DNA of 64,000 nt. Origin: Octopus vulgaris (Eukaryota). The position numbers and the translations under genes are program-made. The first letter of the stretch is position 1. Every line of letters begins with the position of its first letter. Of the stretch, positions 26,538 through 38,500 are shown one piece after another. Location: assembly GCA_951406725.2 (NCBI GenBank), contig OX597815.1:36208001-36272000 (forward strand), given 5' to 3'. The notes under the pieces were generated by a model that was not told where the DNA came from, did no database searches, and saw only the letters and a list, made by a program, of their open reading frames with translations.

Positions 26538-29500
26538 CTGAAATAAAAGAAAAAAACAAATATGAATTTTTAAAAAAAATATTTAAGTAAAAAGACAAAC
26601 AAAAAAGAAAAGGAAAAATAAAACTACTAAAAAATAGATATTTAATAAAATCATGTAAAAATTCTATCCTTTACTAATTTTTAAAATTTGTAGTCAGTGG
26701 GAGAATAGTCCATTTCTGTTCACAAAACTTTAAAACTTCGTATGCTGGTAGAATGTGTTTATAAAACATCATTTTCTCTTGGTTTTATTGAGAAAATTCT
26801 ATAGGTTGTAACATATTTCGTCTAAAATTTCTTGCATTTCGGCAATTTTAACCACTCGTTTAAGAAACAGATTGGGTTTATTTACATTTGTGAAGAAAAA
26901 AGATACCCTTCCTCCACCCCTAACCCTAAATCTAAAATAGATTGAAATGCAATAGATCGATTCTAGGGTCATAATTATAGGTGACAATTTCATACGACAC
27001 CGCTATAAAAAACTTAGTGGTGTCGTATGAAATTGTCACCCATAATTATAACCCTAGTACCGATCTATTGCATTTCAATCTATTTTAGATTTAGGGTTAG
27101 GGGTGGGGGAAGGGTATCTTTTTTCTTCACAAATGTAAATAAACCCAATCTGTTTCTTAAAGGAGGGACATATTCATGCGGCACAGAATGTTGTTTACCT
27201 AAATAGACGCCAGTGATTGGTTAAAATTGCCGAAATGCAATAGAGTACCTTCAATGCAATAGAAAAAACCTCAACAAAACAAAAAAACACTACATGTACC
27301 CAAAACCTACAAATCTGTGCTTGGATATGCAGTGATAGCATGCAATAAAAGTAAGATTACTGAATTAAAGATAATGATAATCATTAAATGGCAGAATAAC
27401 TGAAGTAGAAGGGTAATAGACTAAAAGCCTTGTTTCCATCTGAATCAACTTTCTTTCTTGTCAATAGATATGAGTTGAGTAATGTCCATTAAGTATTAAG
27501 GTCTATTTAATTAATTACAGTTTCTCCTTAAATTCCTAGTTTTAAACTAAAGTTAGAAGGTTATTATTTTTATTATTGTTGTTGTTATGGTAAAGATAAC
27601 CAAATAAGACCTTATTTGGTGCCATCAAGACTGAGTTTACTTTTTATCAACCAAGGGGTTGAAAGTTGATAAACACCAGTTGTACTTGACATACAGTGCC
27701 TGAGGTCAGTTCTAACCAAAGAGACCTGTTATCAATAGCATTCCAATCATGACCATCCAATCTTTTTCCTAGGTACAGTGCACTATGGATCACATTATCA
27801 AATGTGTTCTTTTCATGGAGATCTGGCTGCTAATTCTAGCAAGTTGAACAACCATCTAAGAGATTCCTCAAGTAGTATATTGATATTAATTTGGCAAACT
27901 ACATCAATTCCTTTTACTAAAAGTTTTTGCTCTTAAGAAAAATTATTATTGTACATATTACAGTGTTGGTGTTTAGCCCTAGGTCAACCCTAGTTGAGCA
28001 GTTCTAAGGTCAAAAATACTTCAGCCATGACCATTCAATACCTTTTTATTCAGACACGGCATAACCACAACTAGCATCGTCCTTTCTTTCCAAGACTGTA
28101 AAGGAAAATTTGGCTGCCACTTCTGGCAAGTTGAGTGGCTGCACAGAGGCTTCCTCATTAGCATGATCAGTATAGTGTTTATTGTGAAATCATCCAAGCT
28201 TGTCAGAGAAATTTGTTTGTGATTTAATCTTGACTCTTAATAGAATAATTTTCCATGTGCTATTAATATCCTTTTGATAGCTAATAACTGTCATAGTTGA
28301 CCATTTCACTGTTATTATAACCTTTGAAAAAAATATTCCTAATTTACTAACATATCCGTTCGTGTCCGTTGCCAGCCTCGCCTGGCCCCCGTGCTGGTGG
28401 CACGTAAAAGCACCATCCGTTTGTGGCCGTTTGCCAGTTCCGTCTGGCACCTGTGCGGTTGGCACGTAAAAAGCACCCACTACACTCACGGAGTGGTTGG
28501 TGTTAGGAAGGGCATCCAGCCGTAGAAACACTGCCAGATCTGACTGGGCCTGATGCAGCCTTCCAGCTTCACAGACCCTAGTTGAACCGTCCAACCCATG
28601 CTAGCATGGAAAGCGGACGCTAAATGATGATGATGATGATGATGATTGTTTTGTTTTAAAAAATAACAATATAGAAGCTTACCATATGTCAGCTTTCCGA
28701 CAGTAACCCTCACCATTAATAACTTCCGGCGCCATCCAATGAGGAGTTCCAATTACTGTTTTCAGTCCTGACATGCTACAAATACTTTGTAATCGTTTGG
28801 AAGCTCCAAAATCTCCAAGCTTAACATTACCTTGAACATTCTTTAAGATATTAGCACCTGTAAAATAAAAATCATTATAAAAGTAAAGTTAAGTCCAGTC
28901 AACCATGATTTAAAATAATTTGAGTGGGTTTATAATCTTTAAAACAATATTTTTTCAACTTTTAAAGGAAAGTAACACAGTTATTTTTCACTAAAAATGA
29001 GACAACACACTATTTACATATACATTAAAAAAAAAAATTATTTGGGCTCATATGTAAAAATAAGTATGTGAGGTTAAAAGAGATCAACCATTGGTACACA
29101 CACCACACCACTTTCATGCTGGCATGGCTTGGATGGTTCAATAGGATACAACAGATTAGAAGAATAGGATACAACAGATTAGAAGACTTTGTCTTGCTCC
29201 AGTGTCTCAGTTTTGGCATAATTTTAAATAAGTGGATACCCTTCCTAATAATAGCCATTTTACAGAGTGTACTGCGTGCTTTTTTCATGGCATCAGCAAT
29301 ACTGAGATCCCCATATAACTCACTAGAACAAAGAGCTCCTTCAACTAAGAGGGAGTATAGCAGAGATGTAGTTGTTTTACAAGGTGTTAAGAGGTTAAAG
29401 TATGATAGTAAGGATACAGTGGCTACTCCATATTATACTATATAAGAAAGGGTTGGAGTATATAGGATAAACAAGGAAAGATAAGCAAAGAAGGTGGGAT

Positions 29501-32500
29501 AAAATATTTTGAGGACAATTTTGCAATTATACATTGCAATGTGGCATACCTATATGATTTAGCAAATATGAAAGTGTTGTGTTACACCTTACATAATTTT
29601 GTGACACACTCAGAAAATGTTGCAATGTTTGTGTATTTCATTAAGACATTAACAATATAAGTTCCATTGCAAATTCGGAACTTTATTTGGGGAAGATATG
29701 AATGCCAGCAGTTTGTAAGGAAATCCCCAAAGGTCTTCATAGCTACTTTTAATAATAATAATAATAATAAAGCACAATAAGGTTAAGAGAAGATTAAAAG
29801 AAAAGTGGGTAAAAATAATGTTGGTCTAAAATATGAAGTCAGTACTTACATTTTATGTCTCTATGTACAATAACATTTTTGTGCAGAAATGCTAATCCTT
29901 CTAGAACTTGTCGGGTGTACTTCCGAGCAAGGTTTTCATTTAATGGACCATAATTTTGTAACTGCTGCCGTAAAGAACCCTGAAATGAACAAGAAAAAAA
30001 TGAAATTATCAGACACAAATAGTTTTAAAAGAATGCCAATTATTTAGAAAATGTTGTTGTTGATGATAATGAAGAAGGTAGTAATTAAGATGATGAAAAG
30101 GATAATAAAGGCGTCGAGCTGGCAGAAATGTTTGAGCGCCGGACGAAATGCTTAGCAGTATTTCGTCTGCCACTACGTTCTGAGTTTTAATTCTGCCGAG
30201 ATCAACTTTGCCTTTCATCCTTTTGGGGTCGATTAAATAAGTACCAGTTATGCACTGGGGTCAATATAATCGACTTAACCCATTTGTCTGTTCTTGTTTG
30301 TCCTCTCTGTGTTTAGCTCCTTGTGGGTAGTAAAGAAATAGAAAAGGATAATAATGTCTGTGACAGAGAGAGACAATGGCTACAAGTCATTGAAATGCTG
30401 ACCACATGGTCATAAACTCAGATCTTGCTATTGTCAGTGTGTTGTGCTTCATGTATAAACACTTAAGTCTGCTTGCTCTACTTTGATTAAACAGGTTTCA
30501 CTTCAGCTTGACATCCGAGTCTAAGCATTAAAAAACATAAGGTAGTAAACAGAAACAAAAATGATGATGATGATGATGACAATGACTGCAGTGATGCTGC
30601 ACATAAAAAAAAAAGGAACAAAAGCATCAATGAAAGAGAACATGCAATAACACTGAAATCAGAAATAAGTCTTACTGAAAGAAATTAACTTCCAGGTTTT
30701 AATTACTAAATCATTGCCATCCCCATCACCACCATCATCATCATTTTAATGTCTACTTTTCTATACATGTGAGGAACAGACAAAACTATAGGGACACAAT
30801 TTTTTTTTATTCTGAATGTCAAGAATTGATGCTCCCATCCATATGTCATTACAATCCTCTGAATAAGAATATTTAAATTCTACATTAAAACTAAAATCCT
30901 GAGTCCAAACAATTAAAGGGTTTACTAATTGAAATAACATAGGAATAAGAAACAGACACTGAACCTAAAAGGCCTGCTTAAATTTTGATACAGGTCAGTT
31001 AACCATGTCCAAACAAAGAATTCTACATAAACATGTAACCCGCTAATATGCTATGTAGCTACATTTAATTTACAGTAATGGGACAACCGTATCAAATCAA
31101 TGTACATGAAACAGAGTCATGCAAGTTAATTTTTTATTTTTTACTTGTGTAAAGGGCAGAGTTCATGACCTTTGCAGGTCTACTGAGACTGGTGAGTTCA
31201 ATACTGTTAATGTTCTGTTTAAACTGTTATGGCAACAGCTGCAAGTAAAGTTTGAGCCAGAAGGAGATTTCAAAGGTGATGTGTTCTGGGGAAAAAGGAT
31301 TGGGCACAGTGGTAAAGTGAAGGGGAAAAGGGTAACCAAATGTACCAAGAGTACTGAGAGGTAGAGTGATAAGTGGGATGGAAATCCCTGAGTGGTAGAG
31401 GTATAAGACTAACTGGCTCCAGAAGTAGAGGCCATTATGAGTGAAAGAGAGAGAGAGAGACAATATGCATGTGGGTCTGTGTAAAGATCAACAGGGTTTA
31501 CACAACATGGAAAAATACAAGTCATTGAGAAATTGAAAAACTTACTATGCTTATGATGATAGTGTAGTGCTGATAATAATGATGTTGGTGGTGGTGATGA
31601 TGATGAAAATGATGATGGTAGTGACAAAATAAAAAAAATAAAAGGAAATTTGTATGAAACAACAAACTTATTCTTACCCCAGGCATGTATTCCATGAATA
31701 TTGATAGTACTTTCCCTTGTATACAACCAAAATACTGAACAATTCGTTCATGATGAAAGTTTCGAAGAAGCTGGATTTCATTTTCCAAAGCCCGGACTTC
31801 CTGTAAAGCATAATGAAGAGAACAGGAGTTTTAATGTTGGTTTAAGAAATTGGATATATGCAGAAATAATATTCCTGCATAACTCATGAAAAGCTAGCTT
31901 GTCAGAAAGACAATGTCTTTATTCTTATGTGATATTCGATGAATAATGTCCCTATACCCATGTTGTATCAGAGAGATAATTTTTCTCACATCCATATGTG
32001 AGATACACACACTCCCTTGTTACAAAAGCAGCCAAGACGAAAATACAAAAATAATGATATCCTGAAATACAAGTCATAGGATGGTGTCATAATGGGAAAA
32101 TTATATTGGAGTATACCTGGAATAGTTTTTAAATATACTCAAGACTAAATTGTTCAAAACACTGTACTTTTCCCTCCTCTACCATTCTTTTTTTTAGCAC
32201 ATGTCCACAAATATTAGGGGAAAATATAGTTGATTAAAATGAATCTCAGGACTATAAAAACTAAATTTACCTTAGAAACTTCTGCATTGTCTGCTGATAT
32301 TTGAACTTGTTTGACTGCTAGTTCTCGGCCAGAGTCTTCATCATAACACAAATACACTTCACCAAAGGCACCAGGACCAAGTAACCGACCTTTCTTCCAA
32401 TTTGTTGGTGCTCGGGGAGCTTCAAGTAGATTTGAAAATCACAATTAGAAAATGTAACAGACTAACAAACACATACAGAGAGAACTCTTTAGGTGAAAGG

Positions 32501-35500
32501 TAGGAACTTTAGTTGAAAGGTAGGAACTCAGAATTATCTATAAGATTTCCGCTATGTATGACAAAACTGAACTCCGCAGCACAATAACAAACTATTATCA
32601 TAATCCTAACTTTAACATCCATTCCTGTTAGGTTTTCTTACTTCCAACATTCAGCACCTTTCACATGTCTCAATCTTATATTACCATTACTCCTTGTACT
32701 TGCATAGCGAGTGACTTGATCTGAGATCGTGTGCTGGAATGAAAACAATTGCAGCATAGAAGGTGTTTATAAGCCATTTAAGAAACACACAAAAACCGTT
32801 AGATTCACTTCAACATTTAAATTTAATTTGTCAAAATATTTTCGTCGCTTTGAGACCGCGACCTGTTCACTGACAAAACTTCATGCAGCACAAAGTTTTG
32901 TCAGTGAACAGGTCGCGGTCTCAAAGCGACGAAAATATTTTGACAAATTAAATTTAAATGTTGAAGTGAATCTAACGGTTTTTGTCTGTTTCTTAAATGG
33001 CTTATAAACACCTTCCACGCTGCAATTGCATCCTTCTAAGGTTTTACATCAAGTCTTTTTTGGCCTACTGCAAACTCATATAATCATATCTATAATGTCA
33101 GTTTATTTTCCATTTAGTATTCGGTTGCATTACATGCCTATATAACGTCTTCTCTCAAGCCAGTGCACATGTGGTAGCTCAGCATACTAGAAATAACAAC
33201 TTATTCTCATCTAAATTATACCTTAAAAATTTTAAATAAAAAGAACACACTGGATAATGTAGTCCGCACAAAAGACAAGATGGTCATCTGGGAATGTTTC
33301 TGATAAATGTGTGCTTGATTAGGACTGACTTTGGACTAAACAATAGTAATCCTATTGTGTAGCTCAACTAATGTCTTTGATATTTGGTGGTTTTCCTACA
33401 TCACTCAACCACTACTCTTGTGGGCCTTCAACCTTTACAATCAACATTTCACAGTATCAGTATATTTCTTTTTCTTGCTCAGGTGAATTTAATTTTATTG
33501 GAATTAAACTTGTAGTAATGTTTCATTAAACTTTAGCTTAACTGATTTAATGAGAATCTATATAATTAAGCATTTTAACCAAAACTGAACAGGATGAATA
33601 ATAATCAAAGGATGAGCTCACATTTAGAAAAATGAACATCAGAGAAGCCAAAACTAGGACTGTCCATATCACTGTTCCGTTTCATCAATAATCTGCCTTC
33701 AGGTGAGTCCAAATCAGGATCAGGTGGTAAACCACTACTACTACTACTGGTACTGCGTGTACTACTGAGTGTACCCTCACTACCACGGGTCAGCAATGCT
33801 GGGACTGACCTAGAGCAAAGTTCTGGCCGGCGGTTATTAGAGCGAGGAAATGTTCGATGACCTGAATAAAGGAATAATTTTATTAATTCATTAAATTAAC
33901 AAATTAAATTTATCAAAAAGAGAAGAAAAATGCTTTGTTTAAAGATGTTTAATTAATTTATACCTGACTCAAGCTGAGTTAATTTCTGTATAACTTATTC
34001 TCTCATTAAAATGAATTATCTTTACAAGTTGTAAGTGGCAACCATGCTTCTGTGACTTACTAAATTACATAAGAATTCACACATATTCATATGCATGTGT
34101 GTTTGTATATAATGATTAAATTAAATTTATAATTGTTAAGGACTAATGTAGGACAGAACCAAAGATACATATATTAAAATATATGAACATTATATTTAGA
34201 TATGTAACAGGATCAGTTTCGGTATCACTGGAGGGGTGTCCGATCTGATCCCGTCACATACAATTTTAGTTAAAATAACAGACAAGTCAGGCGATCTACG
34301 AACACAGCAAAAATGTTGTTTATTTCTCGTCGTAATGTAGAACTGGTGTACGTGTTCTCTGGAGGGAAACCGACAGCCGAATCTGTAGTACTGATTCTTG
34401 TTTGTTAGTCGAAATGATTCGTCGTGGTTCGCTGCTTGGTTGGTATGAAGTCCTCAGAGACTGCCAGTACACGTCCGTTCACGAGTGCTGCTAGGGCCAG
34501 AAAGGCAGAATGAGCAAACCGTGTTTTAGGGGTCAGTTTCCCGCACATGCGCATGGGGAAGACTTCCTTGGAAAAGGTATATGCACAACAACTGTTGTTG
34601 TTGTATCTTGGGAGGGTTATTATGCCAATAATAAACACATGCACAGGTTCTATTTCACTTCCTTTATCATTATTAGCCAACTCATTAACATTTAACCAGT
34701 CAACTAATTGATTGTTTGATTAATTGTTTGGCCAACCAATCTATCAGTCAGCTAGATTAGTTAAAGTTCTTTCATTACATTATTAGTATAATGATTTTTC
34801 TGAGATACAACAAATTCTGTTCCAACATATGAGTTCACATTAGGAATCTTGCAAACCAAATGCAAAAATGAAATATCACAATACTTTATTTCTCATTTTT
34901 CATGATTGTAGGTTTCCCACCCACAAATTCAAATGTTCTAAAGAGCTTTGAGACAAATAACCTCTTCTAGACTGGTTCTAGTTAAACAAAGTGAAGGCAA
35001 AAGTCTTCAGTAGTAATTACATGATCTAGTGGATTATGGGATGTCATTTTGTAAACAGATATTGGACCAGTCAATACCTGAGAAACAAAAAAAGGAGAGG
35101 CGGTTAATAGCATTAAAAACATCTCATACAACAACCTGTAGAATCAATGAAAAATAAACTTACGTTCAACATCAGCCATGTGTGTACCTGTTTCGTAACC
35201 ACGTGGGAAAGTACCAAATGCCTGCATTTTGCTTCCTGAAAATATAAAAAAATTCAGTATAAGGAATAGATTACAGTTGAAATGCAAAGCTTTGATGAAA
35301 CCAAAATGTAAAGAAAATTGAAAGAATGCAGTAAGTTTAGTAAAATCAGCTGTCTTACCAGGAAGCATATCTTCTTTATTACCATCTGAAAGAATACTTC
35401 GCCTTGAGTCTCGCCGAGCTGAATTCCGAAAAGGATAGGACTCCCCACTGTTTAAAAAGAAGTAAGTTCAAATATATATTACTTATGTGATGCAATACAG

Positions 35501-38500
35501 ACGGCTTCTATGGTATAAATATAAATGACTTACATGATATATGCGTTGCTTAACCGAAAGAAACACAGAGCATCTCAAAATAAATACAGTAACAAAAGGG
35601 TTAAATAAACTATATCACATTGTTTCCATGTCCTATTTATAGGACATTGTGTATTTCCATTTTAACTTGAAGTAAAGGAGTTTTGATAATTGATTTTTTC
35701 ATTTTAATCTATTTTCAATCATCTGTGAAAATTTAGAAGTAATATTCAGAAATTTAAGTACTCTGGGGCTTAATAGGTTAATAAGATTACTAGTTCTTTA
35801 ATTAAGTTTGAAAAATACATTTGTAATTTTGAAAATTAACATTGAAAGTGTTCACCTCTGTTGTTACTTCTAGGATGTAAGGCTTAGAATCATCATAAAA
35901 AGGGAACATTGAAAATATTGGCTAATACTTAGTCAGCCTTAATAATTTATAGAATAAGAATGGTGATAAATTGTAGTTATCAATATAAGATAGTATGACA
36001 GAAATATACAAATTCCGTTCTGCAAAAGAATGTTCTAGTTATCGAACTGAGTTTATTGATGAGTCCCATAACTTATTGATTGTAGTTTGTCTTTATGTAG
36101 TTAATCAAGAACATGTTAGCTTGACAGAGATCATCCTTCACCAAGCTATATTTACAGGAGCTGAACTCTGGATTACAGCAAGACATTTGTTAATTCTATT
36201 GTGAAGCTCCTGCAGCTTACAGTGGGACATTACAACAGCTAGATAGGTATATTATTTGAGAGCCAAATGTCTCAATCACAGACACAAGCAGAATATGAAC
36301 CATTGATCAATCATCAGTTAGAGGTAATCAGACAGAGGTTAACTTAAGTACAATTTCTTGACAAAAATAAGGAAGATGCAATTTGTTGGCAAAATCGGGA
36401 ATGTACTGACTGTTGACAAAATGTCACACTGTCTATTGACAGAAATAGAAGGCATATGTTCAAAGAAAAAATTCTTTTGAAGTGACACTGGGATTGAAGT
36501 CCATAGTTTAATGTCCACTTATAATTCCAGCCCAAAAATAATGAGACAAAAAAATACTCACTGGCAACTGATATAATTACTGTCTAACGAAGATGTACTT
36601 CCTGCAATTGAACCATCAGGACTATATGTGTGTTTCAGACCCATACAGCTAATTGGCTGCAAAAGAGACAATGAAGAAGAAAGTATTAGAAACATGAATA
36701 AGAAGATGATGATGGTAATGTTGAATGTTGACAGTGCAGGGGCAATGACGATTATAATAGTAAATCAATTGATGGCTTTGCTACTATGACTATTGTTACT
36801 ACTAATACTAGTGATGCTGACAACGGGGAAGGAAAAGTAAAAAGAAGTGAAGGCAGAGGAAAGAGTAATACGAGAGCAATACAAACAAACATGCTACGGT
36901 CACTGCTCAGATATGCATAGTTTCATTTGTCCATGTTTTCTGCTGTTATTTTGGTGCCTGCTCTTTGGAATAGTCAGACTGTTCAAGTTTACACAATGTA
37001 TCTATTTCTCCTGGCACGTAAAAAGTACCATCCGACCGTGGCCGTTTGCCAGCCCCGTCTGGCAGCTGTGCCAGTGGCACGTAAAAAGCACCCACTACAC
37101 TCATAGAGTGGTTGGCGTTAGGAAGGGCATCCAGCCATAGAAACATTGCCAGATCAGACTGGGCCTGGTGCAGCCTTCTGGCTTCCCAGACCCCAGTTGA
37201 ACCGTCCAACCCATGCTAGCATGGAAAGCGGACGCTAAATGATGTTGCTGATGATAAATCATTGACTGACACTTACTTCATCTTGATGCATTGGTTCTGG
37301 AATGAATTGTCCCTCTCCAGTAATGGAATTGTAGGAACTGCTATGTCGAAGATGTATTTCATGTGGGGGTAATGAACCAGGTGGTGGACTAGGTGAATCT
37401 CGATGCTGCAACAGAGGAGAAAATTAATACATTAATTAAAAGTAATTCACAGAAAACACACACGCACACACATTGAAGTTAATAAACATGAACTCTGCTT
37501 AGAAGTACTTATGTTAGAAACCAATATTGTTATTCGTAAGATTAATGTAGTGAAATAATAAAAACTTTACAACTTACATTATAATATGATTCAGATGAAC
37601 TAGTCCTGAGACTGGAGGATCTATCACTGTAAGAACTGCCATAATCTGAAGTATCTGCTGGTTTTGTGAGAAAGATACGCAAACTCGAAGATCGATCACT
37701 ACGATCCATCAACTTAATTGCAGTATCTAAATTATTTTGGCACTCCAGAGGTATATAAAACTGAAAATAACAAAATCAAAAAAAGGCATTAGATTTACGT
37801 GAATGATTTCTTTTGACTTGTGACAATGCCTGTTAGGGTATATAGGAAGAGTAACATCTTATTACATCAAACCCTAGAAAATTACTAGAATTTGGTTTAA
37901 AAACTGGAATAAAAGACTGAAGTTGAATCATAAATCACTGAAGTAAAAGAGTATTTAGGATGACTCTCTTCCGTTTCTGCCAACACTATCACTTTAGATG
38001 AATAAGAATAAACCATTCCTCATTATATGAAAGCTCTTAGAGGACTACATATATGCCTTTTCCAAGACAATTTTGTAAACTCCATGCATCAAGAAACTAT
38101 TTTTCCACCCTACCACACTCCTGGATTAATAAAGCTGATGATATATAAATGTTATCAGATTTGAACATCTTATATACTTCCAGAACACTTTGCTGTCAGG
38201 GTTGGTTGCTATGCGCTGTTCGAATCCAAGCACTGCCTTTTTTGTCACCTGCTTGAGATGGTTGGATGATCTATTGCGCTTTTTCCTGTTGATCTCTGGT
38301 GTGTGCATTTTGTATTCCTATTCAGCATTACAACGTTCTTTCCTGGCAAGTCGGACTGCTGCAGTTTCCCAGATTGCACTATTGGGTGGTTTACATTACT
38401 TTATACTTGATAAACCTATAGTTTATCAAGAAGTTGAGTTTAATAAGTTTGATTACCACAAGGAATATCAAATCTAATACTTCAGACATAAAAAAGGCAG

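Noticed and set aside
26915-26930. CCCTAACCCTAA telomere-like motif
   Set aside because: Only about two units and internal to a dispersed repeat; not an interstitial telomere
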